A DNA stretch of 64,000 nt from Eledone cirrhosa (GCA_964016885.1 OZ024761.1:27714001-27778000); one strand, 5' to 3'. Counted from the first letter of the stretch, positions 1-15,899 are shown. Notes: a model not told the origin generated them from the sequence alone. Numbers and translations: made by a program.

Positions 1-2135
1 CCACCACAACATACACAGCAACCACAACAACATACACAACAACCACAACAAAAATTTCAGCAACCACAACAACAGACACTGCAACAACAACAACACACAC
101 AGCAACCACCACAATATACACAGCAACCACCACAACATACACAGCAACCACCACAACATAGACAGCAACCACCACAACATACACAGCAACCACAACAATA
201 TACACAGTAACCACCACAACATACACAGCAACCACAACATACACAACAACCACCACAACATACTACAACAACCACAACAACATACACAACAACCACAACA
301 AAACATTCAGCAACCACAACAACAGACACTGCAACAACAACAACACACACAGCAACCACCACAATATACACAGCAACCACCACAACATACACAGCAACCA
401 CCACAACATAGACAGCAACCACCACAACATACACAGCAACCACAACAACATACACAGCAACCACCACAACATGCACAGCAACCACCACAACAACCACAGC
501 AACCACAGCAACCACCACAACATACACAGCAACCCCAACAACATACACAGCAATCACCACAATATAAACAGCAACCCCAACAACATACACAGCAACCACC
601 ACAATATAAACAGCAACCACCACAACATACACAACAACCACCACATCATACACAACCACCACAACAACATACACAGCAGCCACAACAATATACACAGCAA
701 CCACCACAACATACACAGTAACTACAACAATATACACAGCAACCACCACAACATACACAGCAACCACCACAACATACACAGAAACCACCACAACATACAC
801 AGCAACCACCACAACATACACAGCAACCACAACAACACACACAGCAACCACCACAACATACACAGCAACCACAACAACATACACAGCAACCACAAAATAT
901 ACAGCAACCACCACAACATACACAGCAACCACTACAACATATACAGCAACCACCACAACATACACAGAAACCACCACTACATACACAGTAACCACAACAA
1001 CATACACAGCAACCACAGCAATATACACCGCAACCACAACAACATACACAGCAACCACAACAACAAACACAGCAACAACCACAACATACACAGCAACCAC
1101 CACAACATACACAGCAACCACAGCAATATACACCGCAACCACAGCAACATACACAGCAACCACAACAACAAACACAGCAACAACCACAACATACACAGCA
1201 ACCCCCACAACATACACAGCAACCACTACAACATATACAGCAACCACAGCAACATACACAGCAACCACCACAACATACACAGCAACCACCACAACATACA
1301 CAGAAACCACCACAACATACACAGTAACCACAACAACATACACAGCAACCACAACAACACACACAGCAACCACCACAACATACACAGAAACCACCACAAC
1401 ATACACAGCAACCACTACAACATATACAGCAACCACAGCAACATACACAGCAACCACCACAACATACACAGCAACCACAACAACATACACAGCAACCACA
1501 GCAATATACACCGCAACCACAACAACATACACAGCAACCACAACAACATACACAGCAACAACCACAACATACACAGCAACCACAACAACATACACAGCAG
1601 CCACAGCAACATACACAGCAATCCCAATAATATACACAGCAACCACCACAACATACACAGCAACCCCCACAACACACACAGCAACCACCATAATATACGC
1701 AGCAACCACCACAACATACACAGCAACCACCACAACATACACAGCAACCACAACAACATACACATCAACCACAACAACACACACAGCAACCACCACAACA
1801 TACACAGCGACCACCACAACATACAGAGCAACCACCACAACACACACAGCAACCACCACAACACACACAGAAACCACAACAGCATACACAGCAACCACCA
1901 CAACATACACAGCAACCACAACAACATACACATCAACCACAACAACACACACAGCAACCACCACAACATACACAGCGACCACCACAACATACAGAGCAAC
2001 CACCACAACACACACAGCAACCACCACAACACACACAGCAACCACAACAACATACACAGCAACCACCACAACATACACACCAACCATAACAACATACACA
2101 GCAACCACCACAACACACACAGCAACAACAACATC
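1..2135. repeat. 21-bp minisatellite (consensus CACAACATACACAGCAACCAC)
   Basis: About 100 tandem, slightly variable units; higher-order duplicated blocks (e.g. TTCAGCAACCACAACAACAGACACTGC near 56 and 306). Confidence 0.95.
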
Positions 2136-2159
2136 CAACACAATTACTTCCATAAAAAA

Positions 2160-3220
2160 ACACTAACAAGTAGAACCACCACCACCACAACAACAACAAC
2201 AACAACACTAACAAGTAGAACCACCACTACCACCACCACAACAACACTAACAAGTAGAACCGCCACCACCACCACCACCGCAACAACAACAACACTAACA
2301 AGTAGAACCACCACCACCACCACCACCACAACAACAACAACACTAACAAGTAGAACCACCACCACCACCACCACAACAACAACAACACTAACAAGTAGAA
2401 CCGCCACCACCACCACCACCACCATCACCACCATCACCACCATCACCACCACCACCACCACCACAACAACACTAACAAGTAGAACCACCACAACAATACT
2501 AACAAGTAGAACCACCACCACCACCACCACCACCACCACTAAGAAGAAGAAGAACAACACTAACAAGTAGAATCACCACCACCACCACCACCACAACAAC
2601 AACAACAACAACAACACTAACAAGTAGAACCACCACCACCACCACCACAACAACAACAACACTAACAAGTAGAACCGCCACCACCACCACCATCACCACC
2701 ATCACCACCATCACCACCACCACAACAACACTAACAAGTAGAACCACCACAACAACACTAACAAGTAGAACCACCACCACCACCACCACCACCACCACCA
2801 ACACCACCACCACCACCACCTCCACTAAGAAGAAGAACAACAACACTAACAAGTAGAACCACCACCACCACCACACCACCACCACACCACCACCACCACA
2901 CCACCACCACCTCCACTAAGAAGAAGAACAACAACACTAACAAGTAGAACCGCCACCACCACCACACCACCACCACCACCACCACCACCACCACCACCAC
3001 ACACCACCACACACCACCACCACCACCACCACCACCACCACCACCACCACCACCACCACTACCACAACAACACTAACAAGTAGAACCGCCACCACCACCA
3101 CACCACCACCACCACCACCACCACCACCACACACCACCACACACCACCACCACCAACACCACCACCACCACCACCACAAACCACCACCACCACCACCACC
3201 ACCACACCACCACCACAACA
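2160..3220. repeat. Compound (ACC)n/(ACA)n satellite punctuated by ACACTAACAAGTAGAACC
   Basis: Fixed 18-mer recurs roughly 17 times, separated by variable ACC/ACA tracts. Confidence 0.9.
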
Positions 3221-3394
3221 ACAGTAATGCAATACTAATTACAAGACATTAATTATATACTCTCTAGTTTGTCAGGTAAAAAAACCTATCTCCACGAATT
3301 ATGAACACTAATTACCTGAGATAATTGAAGGCATTGTATTCATTGAGGCTATGGAGTCGTTGATTGATAGACTGATGGATTGATTGGCTATCGA

Positions 3395-3860
3395 TGATGT
3401 TACTGATGATGGTGAGGGTGGTAGTGACGTGTGAGATGGCGGTGCTGATGATTGTGATGTGTTGATGATGGTAATGACGATTGTGGTGGTGGTGGTGGTG
3501 GTGATGATGATGATGATGATGGCAGTGATGGTGGTGGTGGTGACGATGATGGAAGTGATGGTGGTGATGATGATGATGATGGCAGTGATGGTGGTGGTGG
3601 TGGTGGTGGTGACAATAATAAGGATGATGATGATGATGGCAGTGATGGTGCTGGTGGTGGTGGTGACGATAATCAGGCTGATGATGATGATGATGATGAT
3701 GTTGGTTGTGGTAGTGACGAGAGAGAGAGAGAGAGAGAGAGGTGGTGCTCATGATTGTGGTGGTGATGATGATGATGATGATGATGATGAATTTGACGAC
3801 AGTGATAATGGCGGTGACGATAATCGGGATGGTGATAGGGATAATGATGATGATGATGAT
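3395..3860. repeat. (GAT)n/(GGT)n microsatellite cluster
   Basis: Directly visible trinucleotide tracts. Confidence 0.9.
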
Positions 3861-4014
3861 ATTTAATGTCGATGACATGAGTAAGTGGGTGGTGGGTGGC
3901 AAGGAGGGAGGGGGGGGGGGGGCAGATAACTGTAATTTAACTGATAATGGCGGTGATAATAACATTGAATATAATGATTTCTTATTTAAACATAAAACTA
4001 ATGATTATATGCTC

Positions 4015-4046
<32 letters not shown>

Positions 4047-4094
4047 AAACACACACACACACATATATATAGAGAGAGATAGATAAATATACAA

Positions 4095-4136
<42 letters not shown>

Positions 4137-4328
4137 TCGATCGACTTTCGTCAAATCGGACCGAGGAGACAATGTTTCCGTTGGTCTTTCCAATTGCTAG
4201 TACTATTTATCGGTCGCAACTCCAGGTAGAAGGAGCAACGTGAAATAAAGTGCCTTGCCTGGGCCAGGAATCGAACTTACAACCTCACCATTGTGAATCC
4301 AATTCTCTTACAACACAACAACGAACCT

Positions 4329-4333
<5 letters not shown>
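4137..4333 (-). mobile_element. tRNA-derived SINE family 2 (CORE/Meta-like centre), decayed copy
   Basis: Matches 30945-31160; B box GTTCGATTCC and GGCAAGGCACTTTATTTCACGTTGCTCC on the minus strand. Confidence 0.8.
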
Positions 4334-4373
<40 letters not shown>

Positions 4374-4515
4374 GCACAGAGAGAGAGAGAAACTTATATA
4401 TATAGAAACATACAATATACATACATATATATATATAATATATAAACATATACACACACAAACATATTATATATTTCTATAAATACACACACATATATAT
4501 ATAGAGAGAGATATA

Positions 4516-4608
4516 CACGGTGTCCCCAAAAATGCATACACATGTTGATTACCTATACAGGAAATATTTATTAGAATGCTGTTAAGTGTGTATGCCTTTT
4601 TTGGGGAC

Positions 4609-4613
<5 letters not shown>
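4516..4613. mobile_element. ~100 bp Tc1/mariner-type MITE
   Basis: Terminal inverted repeats (TIRs) CACGGTGTCCCCAAAAATGCATACAC / GTGTATGCCTTTTTTGGGGACACCCTA, flanked by TA. Confidence 0.75.
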
Positions 4614-4652
<39 letters not shown>

Positions 4653-4655
<3 letters not shown>

Positions 4656-4713
4656 ACGTACATACATATATGTATACAGACGTACAGTAGTATGTATATA
4701 TATACATACATGT

Positions 4714-4753
<40 letters not shown>

Positions 4754-5098
4754 GTATGGGTTTACCGAACATTTATTATAATGTTCGGTTTGTTTGTAAA
4801 CAAACAGCCCGAATTAAGCCGTACAGTGTTCGGCAACCATCGTTGTCCTTTTGTTCAACACTGACAAAGGAACGATGAACTAGTTTCAAGCTTGTCAGTG
4901 TTGAACAAAAGGGAAACGATGGTTGCCGAACACTGTACGGCTTAATTCGATCTGTTTGTTTACAAACAAACCGAACATTATAATAAATGTTCTGTAAAAC
5001 CATACGTACATATATATATATGTGTACATGTATCTATATGTATATATATATATATACATACTACTGTACGTGTGTATACATATATGTATGTACGTATA
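4653..5098. repeat. ~450 bp fold-back palindrome of the HHR family F element
   Basis: Arms 4653-4867 and 4892-5098 are near-perfect reverse complements; left arm plus spacer matches 21768-21986. Confidence 0.9.
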
Positions 5099-5681
5099 GA
5101 TACTTATATTTAAGTATCAGCCGTACTAAGAGTGAGAAATGAAATTTCATTTCATTCTTTTCCATTCATATATATATATATATATATGTCTTTATGCTGC
5201 AATCTTAAAACGAGAACTCTTTAGATATAGCAAAGTATATGTTCATGTCTTGAGACGATCGTTCACTCTAGAGTTACTAGGAACAATCTAATCTATCCTT
5301 CCTTATGGAACAAGATATGGAAAGATTACACGGTGATTTAACTCTTAAATTTAGTAGGTCAATCGACCACTGAAAATCTTCCTCGTTGAGCCATTCGTAA
5401 CCGTCACCTAACCCTAGATGTATGACCTTTATGTCTATGTGAAGAAATTGATGTCAGCCATATTTGCTATACTTTTTCCGACATTGTAATATGTATTCGA
5501 CAGTGCTGCCCTCTAGGTGTGATTTTTTCTTCTCTTTTCCTATTTCCATTTTCATAATTGGTTCATGAGAATATAACCAAACTGTTTCGTCCTTCTAATA
5601 CTGATAAATAAAAGTTGAAGTTGGCCGGTAAAATGTTAATGAAATAGCCATTCACTTTTCATATATATGTGTGTGTATGTA

Positions 5682-5714
<33 letters not shown>

Positions 5715-5782
5715 CTGTGTGTGTTTGTAAGAGTATGCCTGGCTTTACTTGTGTTTATTCATGTATGTATACACTCATACAC

Positions 5783-5825
<43 letters not shown>

Positions 5826-5906
5826 TATATATATATATAATATGTATGTATGTACGTCTATTCCCCCCCCCCTCTCTCTCTATATATATATATATGTATA
5901 TATGAA

Positions 5907-5957
<51 letters not shown>

Positions 5958-6026
5958 GTATATATATATGTATATATATATATATGTATATATATATGTA
6001 TATATATATATATGTATATATATATG

Positions 6027-6109
<83 letters not shown>

Positions 6110-6122
6110 GTATATATATATG

Positions 6123-6156
<34 letters not shown>

Positions 6157-6228
6157 TATATATGTATATATGAACTCATATATATATATATACATATATA
6201 TGTATATATATGTATGTATATATATATG

Positions 6229-6260
<32 letters not shown>

Positions 6261-6284
6261 TATACATATATATGTATATATGAA

Positions 6285-6336
<52 letters not shown>

Positions 6337-6350
6337 TATGTATATATGAA

Positions 6351-6389
<39 letters not shown>

Positions 6390-6419
6390 GAACTCATATA
6401 TATATATATATATATATAC

Positions 6420-6462
<43 letters not shown>

Positions 6463-6827
6463 TTCATATATATATATATATATATATATATAAGAGCTCA
6501 TATTACACATATTTATATTCACCATGACAGATATTGTGTGAGAGAAAACCGTCTGTGGTCAGAAGAGCGCCAAACCTGTTAGCGTAAATGATTATTTTGT
6601 TGGTTGATTCACTCAGTATAGTTATGACTTTAAATAGATTTTGCTTGAGAAAAGTCGACAGCAGAAGACTTAAATGTGTGTGCATCTACCGATCAATTTA
6701 TGTGTGTCTGTGTGTGTATGTATATATGTATCTCATATATGTATATATATATATTTGAAAAAGGAGTAAGGTTCTATACAAAACGGGGGGTTATAGACAT
6801 ATATTGTATATTTTCAGATGTATAGAT

Positions 6828-6887
<60 letters not shown>

Positions 6888-7008
6888 GGAGGTGAAATTA
6901 TTGTAGTACAATAAAGCAATGCAGATATCGGATAAGAAGCACTCTACAGTTTGATTTAAAACTGCACTATCCACAAGTGTTTTTTAGCCTTCATATCATG
7001 TTCTCCTG

Positions 7009-7075
7009 TTTTATCTGATGAAAACACAAATATTATTGCATGATGATGTTTGTTTTTGAAATGCGCATAATAAAA
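7009..7075 (+). ncRNA. Type I hammerhead ribozyme motif, family B
   Basis: TTTTAT-CTGATGA-(36 nt hairpin AAACACAAATATT...GATGTTTGTTTTT)-GAAA-TGCGCA-TA-ATAAAA; palindromic stem III. Confidence 0.85.
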
Positions 7076-7134
7076 TACATGGAACTCCTTTAACCATGTT
7101 TTGATCTTATATTATATATATATATATATATATG

Positions 7135-7262
7135 TTTATCCCAGGTTCAGTCGGGGATAACCACAGTAAGTAAGGTACTCAATACATAGCAGAGTATAGA
7201 TATTTAATATAGAAATGGCTTCTACAGGACTAGGTCTGTTTCATTCGGGAGAAACCATCAGT
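7135..7262 (-). mobile_element. Family A PLE-like fragment with decayed HHR
   Basis: Homologous to 15765-15900; core reads CTGATGG...GAAA-CAG..CTG-TA and the 5' strand of stem I is lost. Confidence 0.7.
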
Positions 7263-7565
7263 GTATATATTTATAGAGTAATAGAGTACGTGTGTGTGTA
7301 TTTATGTAATTGTGTGGGTATATATATATATATATATCCAAGAGATGTCAACATGAATGGACCTCTTATTTTTATCTAAATATATTTTTCCAATTCTATC
7401 CCGCCCGTTCCTTCAATCTATCTTATTTCTCATTCTTTCTTCTGGTAAAGGACTAGCGTCCGAAACGTTAAGACCCACTTCCTGCTATTTCAAGCGTTAA
7501 CCTAGTATATCCCTTCTGTACCGATTGTGTTGTTATTTGTGTTTAGCTTTTACACACACACACAA

Positions 7566-7598
<33 letters not shown>

Positions 7599-7600
7599 CA

Positions 7601-7743
7601 GGAGAAAGTATGACCCCGACGGCAGAGCTCAAGCCGTTTCGATCGTCGAAACGGCTTGAGCTCTGCCGTCGGGATCATACTTTCTCCTATTACCCACTCT
7701 ACTATCCTAAGTATTGAGTACTCTGTTGCGTTATGGTCCTTCG

Positions 7744-7745
<2 letters not shown>
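7601..7745. mobile_element. Fold-back insertion carrying the 3' half of an HHR
   Basis: Palindrome 7601-7688 centred on TTTCGATCGTCGAAA; each arm has GAAA-CGGC..GCCG-TC-GGG; related copies at 27783-27920 and 41040-41145. Confidence 0.75.
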
Positions 7746-7789
<44 letters not shown>

Positions 7790-7885
7790 ATGTGTGTATG
7801 TATGTATGGTATTCTTCAGCTCTGCCACTTCATCTCCTTCATATACTTGTAGATAGAGAGATAGCTAGATAAATCAATATGTATG

Positions 7886-7917
<32 letters not shown>

Positions 7918-7936
7918 TAGATAGATAGATAGATAT

Positions 7937-8301
7937 GTTTCTTTATTAGCCACAGGGACACAAAAGAAGGGGACAAATACAAAGGGGGAAGTTTACATAC
8001 AATAAAAACGTGTAAAATGTTATCACAAATGCAATTTAAAAAATTAGTCGATTTTCCCCAATAGGGGGAGACAGTTCATATGGGTAACACATACCCCCGA
8101 AAAAATGTGCAACCCTCATCTCCAGGAGTACGAAGAGCTTGTACTCCTTTCCTCTCCTCCTCCTTTTCCTCAACCTACAGGCTGATATAGAGAGAAGGCC
8201 CATTCACTCGGGCCATTCTCGCCACTTTCACCCACCTTTCATAAAACTTGCTGGGGTACAGCACCTCTCTCTCCATCCTGATTCTTCTTCCAAAGTGGTA
8301 T
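7937..8301 (-). mobile_element. L1/Tx1-like LINE 3' end
   Basis: Encodes YHFGRRIRMEREVLYPSKFYERWVKVARMARVNGPSLYISL* plus 3' UTR; homologous to 54447-54980. Confidence 0.6.
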
Positions 8302-8375
8302 TTAGATAGTGGTAGATAGAGAGATAGCTAGATAAATCAATATGTATGTATATATATATATATATAGAGAGAGAG

Positions 8376-8417
<42 letters not shown>

Positions 8418-8737
8418 GGAGGTAGATAGGTAGATATGATGGTGGGTGAGAAAGTATGAAAAATATTGCAAAAAAAGTGTTAGCAAAAAATTGAGGCTGG
8501 AATATCAGGAAACCAGTAATGTAGTACAGAAAAACAAATGACTTGTGATACATTATTACAAGTTTAGAGCCCGTGAGAGCACAATTAGTGTGGTAATGAT
8601 AAGTACTGAAAAGAAAAGCTTCGGAAAATACACACACACATACATACACCGGATATGTTCTGGCGACCTATAATCTACAACAAACATAGTATATCTTAGT
8701 ATACACAAAAAACAAACACTCTCATATGAATGCTCGA

Positions 8738-8835
<98 letters not shown>

Positions 8836-8858
8836 TGATATATACATACATATATAAA

Positions 8859-8903
<45 letters not shown>

Positions 8904-8941
8904 TGATATATACATACATATATATATATATATACATATTG

Positions 8942-8991
<50 letters not shown>

Positions 8992-9115
8992 TGATATATA
9001 CATACATATATATATATATGTATATATGTATATGTATAAATGTATATATATATATATATATATATATATTGATATATACATACATATATATATATGTATA
9101 TATGTATATGTATAA

Positions 9116-9167
<52 letters not shown>

Positions 9168-9252
9168 ATATATACATACATATATATATATGTATATATG
9201 TATATGTATATATATATATGTACTACAAACATTTATATGTACATATATATCT

Positions 9253-9338
<86 letters not shown>

Positions 9339-9532
9339 TTATACGTATGTATATATATATGTCTGTGTGTGTGTGTCTGAGTGTTAGAGAGAGTGTATAT
9401 ATTAAGTTTTTTTATCCATTCATATGAATTATATATATACGTTTGTGTTTTGTACATGTAAATCTGTATGAGGTTGTAGATAATGAAATGGTTTTTATCC
9501 ACATGAATTATAAGTATATATTATATTTATGT

Positions 9533-9571
<39 letters not shown>

Positions 9572-9577
<6 letters not shown>

Positions 9578-9736
9578 AAATCAAAGGATGGTTAAAAGAG
9601 TTCCATGTATTTTATAAAATATATGGAACCTTCTTTTGATTTTATATTATTTATACTACAGTCCTATAAACTGTTGAGTGCTACTTATCCGATATTTGCA
9701 TTGCTTTATTGTGCTACAATAAAACTCACCTCATAC

Positions 9737-9738
<2 letters not shown>
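9572..9738. mobile_element. Family B fold-back fragment
   Basis: Inverted repeat 9572-9648 centred on TTTTATAAAA; 9650-9738 is the reverse complement of 6885-6955. Confidence 0.75.
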
Positions 9739-9782
<44 letters not shown>

Positions 9783-9786
<4 letters not shown>

Positions 9787-10499
9787 TAAATCTACCAATC
9801 AATGGTAGAGTCTAAACCGTATAAAGAACTCAATGTAATCCGTATGTAGATGTCGTGAAGCAAAGTTTAAAATACAAACATTTTTATCAACGATATAATT
9901 CAATTGGATACAGAGTCAAAATAAAAATATTAAAACAATGAAATTAAACACAAAATTGTCAATTCATAGTAAAACACATTATTTTACGATCGTTTCTGGA
10001 GGGTAGTCCTCTGCATGTTCATTCAATTATTGATCTATGTAAAATATATTACAAAATATCATAGTGAGAAAAAAATACATACATCTTCACCACCTGCCGT
10101 CTTCAGAAATAATGAGTTTTGTTTATTGAAGAATACAAAAACAAACATACATATGAATAGGTAAGTTTTTATAACCAGGTTGAAATTGACCATTGTTAAG
10201 AATGAAAAGAGGCCTTATAAATCCTTAAGTTTGGTGGTAGTAGATGAATAAATAGGCCATCAGTGGATAAGGTATCAAAAATCTTTTAAGAAAAGAAATG
10301 AAAGTTGCTAGTGTAAATGAGTTTAGGCATATTGTATATAAAATGTTGATGGTCAAAGAAGATTATGGTTGGAGGAAAAGGGCTACTGAGATTAGTGTGT
10401 TACATCAAGTAGAATAGGATAGAATAATCTTAAAGATTGTTCTATGCCATTTTGCTATAAATTAACAGTTTTGTATTTAATTTCATTGTTTTAATATTT
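9783..10499 (-). mobile_element. PLE-like insertion (family C) with inverted terminal fragment
   Basis: Tail shared with 23584-23770, 25618-25804 and 47220-47413; 10450-10499 is an inverted copy of 9926-9974. Confidence 0.7.
9977..10114 (-). ncRNA. Type I hammerhead ribozyme motif, family C (long stem II)
   Basis: CATTATTT-CTGAAGA-(103 nt)-GAAA-CGATCG-TA-AAATAATG; 8 bp perfect stem I. Confidence 0.8.
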
Positions 10500-10512
10500 C
10501 TCTCTCTCTCTC

Positions 10513-10577
<65 letters not shown>

Positions 10578-11046
10578 ATATATATATATACGTGTGTGTG
10601 TGTGTATTAAATCATAATTACACGAAACAAATTTGTATCTCTGTATATATTTATATATAACAGATTAGATTCGATAGAGAAAAACATCAATATATATGTA
10701 TATGTATATGTACAGATTGCTAAATTTAGAAAAGAAGACGGCAGCGACATAAAATTTAAAAACGACCAGTTATTCACTATATGTATAGACAGCAGTTTGG
10801 TGTCCCTCGTTTAAATATTCTCCGTATGAGTCAATAGATCTAAATAACGCATGGCCGCCATTTTATTTTTATTCAGTTATACTGCTATACAGTAATGCTC
10901 CGTCATTCAACTCTTTGTTGGCCCACAACCAGTGTGGTGGACATGTTTTCTTTGTCGAATATTTTACAGACGAGATAGAAATAGCGAGAGAAATACTGAC
11001 GGCAAAAAAATATACAGACTCAATAAAGGTGTATGTATATATGTAC

Positions 11047-11155
<109 letters not shown>

Positions 11156-11339
11156 TATATATATATATAGATATGTATGTATGTATGTATAATATATATA
11201 TGTATATATATATGTTTATATGTATATATATGTATATATATAAATATACATGTAAATATATATTTATATATGCATATATATGTGTATATATATATATGTA
11301 TATATATGCATGTATATGTGTGTATATATATGTATCTAC

Positions 11340-11392
<53 letters not shown>

Positions 11393-11483
11393 TCTATATA
11401 TGTATATATATATGTATATATATCTATACTATAGAGGAATATATATATATGAATAAGTTTATGTATATGTATCTATATATGTG

Positions 11484-11534
<51 letters not shown>

Positions 11535-11593
11535 ATATGTGTATATATATATAGGAATATAAATCTAAATATCTATATATGAATATATATATT

Positions 11594-11671
<78 letters not shown>

Positions 11672-11677
11672 AATATA

Positions 11678-11734
<57 letters not shown>

Positions 11735-11947
11735 TATGCGTAAAGATAGATATGAGTATAAAAATATGAAAACATAGTGTTATAAGATTAAACAGTTTCT
11801 GTAAGACAGGTATACATTCCAACAGGCATTCATATATGTAAGAATGTATATATATATGAATACATTATATTGTTTGTATGTTTATGAATATCTATATATA
11901 CCTATATATTTGTGTATGTGTACATATATATAATATATATATATTTG

Positions 11948-12018
<71 letters not shown>

Positions 12019-12221
12019 TTATACAGAGATGTATATATATATATTTATATTTATATACACATATATATATATTTATATATGGATGTGTATATATATATTT
12101 ACGTGTATATATATATATATATAAACGGAAAAAATGAAACGATTTTCATAATTATATATATATATATATATAATTTTTTATACATAGTTGTGTGTGTGTA
12201 TATATATGTATATATATATAA

Positions 12222-12266
<45 letters not shown>

Positions 12267-12300
12267 CACACACACACATATATATACACACAGACATATA

Positions 12301-12337
<37 letters not shown>

Positions 12338-12471
12338 GTGTATACACATATTTAGGTAACATAGTAATGAATAGTTTGAAAGCTTTTATCCACTGTATAT
12401 ACATAGACAGTGTATGAATAGCTTATGAAGCTGTTTTAGTTGCATATACTCTTACATCATACATTTATATA

Positions 12472-12557
<86 letters not shown>

Positions 12558-12895
12558 GCATTTATTTGTGAGAAGAACCACATTGTATACATATACATAT
12601 GTGAATATAATATATATCTACATACACACACTCACACACACATATATATTATATATAATTACATACACACATATATACTTACATATATGCATATACATAT
12701 GTGAATATAATATATATGTACATACCACACACTCACACACACACACACATATATCTACATAATTACATACACACACATATACTTATATATATACATACGT
12801 AAATGTTTTTTTTATTTTTGAAGCTGACAACTCTAACAGGCTGTTGCTAATAAAATTTCATGACTCTACTTGTCAAATTCAACATACCTCCAGAA

Positions 12896-12926
<31 letters not shown>

Positions 12927-13603
12927 TATATATATATATGTGAGTGTGTTTGTATGTATGTGTGTATCTATATATGTATGTATGTATGTGTGAGTGTGTG
13001 TAGGTATGTATATATGCATATGTTAGTCTGTATGTATATATATATATGTGAGTGTGTTTGTATGTATGTGTGTATCTCTATATATGTATGTATGTATGTG
13101 TGAGTGTGTGTAGGTAGGTATGTATGTATGTATGCATATGTTAGTCTGTATGTACGTAGGTGTGAGTGTTTGTATGTGTATATGTATGTATATATGTATG
13201 TATGTATTTGTGAGTGTTTGTATGTATGTATGTGTGTTTTATAAATACGATAAGAATAAAAATAAAATGTTCATATAAACGATCTTATGCAAATTATTCC
13301 TGACTGAACATTGCAAAGATTTTCGACAAATTTGATTGCGGCCCAATATCCATAATTTTCCTGACCTCACTGTTGATGGTAACCTCTTTGAGTTGCTGTG
13401 GATGCATGGTATGCATGTATGGTTCAGTAACTCATGAGAAAGTCGTAGGTGCGCCATATTGACTTACATCGTTCCATGAACATTTTTAAACCCTTTTAAA
13501 ACCATTTTTAAACCCAGGTCTGAATATAGCGGATTTCTTCCAGAAAATAATATTGAATGAATGAATTGAAGCGAGAAGAAATATAGAGAAGAAGGTTCGA
13601 TCT

Positions 13604-13762
13604 TACTACTAAACTGGTGATTCTTTTTTTTTTTTATCGACCATGAATAGGTGAAAGGCTAAGTTGACCTCGGCGGGTTTGAATTCAGAGATCAAAGAAC
13701 TGAAACGAATACTGCAAAGCATTCTATCCGACGTTCTAAACGAATCTGCCTGTTAGCTGCCT
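13604..13762 (-). mobile_element. Old Nin-type tRNA SINE copy
   Basis: Diverged GAATTCAAACCCGCCGAGGTCAACTTAGCCTTTCACC..GGTCGATAAA on the minus strand. Confidence 0.7.
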
Positions 13763-13966
13763 CGTGTGTTGCTGTATGAATTGTTAAAGAGAGAAATCTA
13801 AGTGCTGTAGCGAGAGATTCCCCCGTTACCCCTCCTGATACGAACCCGCCAGAAGCCCTCCCCTGTTTCTACAATATAATTCTGTTTCATTTAAAATGTT
13901 TTTATTTATGTAAAACCTTCTAATTTAATTATATTTTAAATTATTATGATCCATTAACCCACTTAA

Positions 13967-14156
13967 TAATTGTTTCTACTTTTGGCACAAGGCCGCAATT
14001 ACCCAGTACATTACTGGTACTTTATTTTATCGATCCCGTAAGGATGAAAGGCAAAGTCAACCTCGGTGGGGTTTGAACTCAGAATGGCAAGGGCTGTAAC
14101 TCTATGCATCAAAGCATGGCGTCCGACCCTCTACCGATACTGCCAATCCACCGCCC
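13967..14156 (-). mobile_element. tRNA-derived SINE family 1 (Nin-type domain)
   Basis: A box TGGCAGTATCGG, B box GAGTTCAAAC, TTTGCCTTTCATCCTTACGGGATCGATAAA, tail AGTAGAAACAATTA; an older partial copy follows at 14178-14294. Confidence 0.88.
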
Positions 14157-14294
14157 AATCCACATCAACCCACTTAACAATGATTTCTGATTTATGTACA
14201 AGGCCAACAATTTTTTCGGGAAGGGAAAGTCGTTTAAATCAACCCGGTGCATTACTGGTACTTTAGTTCGACCCCGTAAGCATGAAAGGCAAAG

Positions 14295-14494
14295 NNNNNN
14301 NNNNNNNNNNNNNNNNNNNNNNNNNNNNNNNNNNNNNNNNNNNNNNNNNNNNNNNNNNNNNNNNNNNNNNNNNNNNNNNNNNNNNNNNNNNNNNNNNNNN
14401 NNNNNNNNNNNNNNNNNNNNNNNNNNNNNNNNNNNNNNNNNNNNNNNNNNNNNNNNNNNNNNNNNNNNNNNNNNNNNNNNNNNNNNNNNNNNNN
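14295..14494. other. Assembly gap (200 N)
   Basis: Run of N. Confidence 1.
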
Positions 14495-15706
<1,212 letters not shown>

Positions 15707-15713
15707 TAGATCA

Positions 15714-15762
15714 GATTCTACAGGACTAGAACTGTTTCATTCTTTCGAAATCATCAGGAATC
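15714..15762 (-). ncRNA. Type I hammerhead ribozyme motif, family A
   Basis: GATTC-CTGATGA-TTTCGAAAGAAT-GAAA-CAG-TTCTAGTC-CTG-TA-GAATC. Confidence 0.8.
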
Positions 15763-15764
15763 CC

Positions 15765-15819
15765 TGAGATTCCTGATGATTTCTAAAGAATGAAACAGTT
15801 CTAGTCCTGTAGAATCTCA
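15765..15819 (+). ncRNA. Type I hammerhead ribozyme motif, family A
   Basis: TGAGATTC-CTGATGA-TTTCTAAAGAAT-GAAA-CAG-TTCTAGTC-CTG-TA-GAATCTCA; element tail continues to 15900. Confidence 0.85.
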
Positions 15820-15899
15820 TCTATATTAAAACTTTTATACTCTGCAATGTATTGAGTACCTTACTTACTGTGGTTACCTCCGATTCAACCCGGAATAAC

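Noticed and set aside
471-2570. 699 aa His/Asn/Thr-rich ORF (HNIHSNH repeats) and the 698 aa Val-rich antisense ORF
   Set aside because: A T-poor 21 bp minisatellite gives open frames by default; no signal peptide, unique domain or splice context, and the frame runs across two unrelated satellites.
2160-3085. Constant 18-mer with variable spacers resembling a CRISPR array
   Set aside because: Spacers are ACC/ACA microsatellite, there are no cas genes, and the context is eukaryotic.
6765-6826. Hammerhead-like arrangement on the minus strand (CTGAAAA..TATACAA/TTGTATA..GAAC)
   Set aside because: Two core changes and no stem I.
10115-10449. GIY-YIG coding remnant upstream of the family C ribozyme
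   Set aside because: No recognisable motif or open frame, so the PLE assignment rests on the HHR and the inverted-tail structure only.
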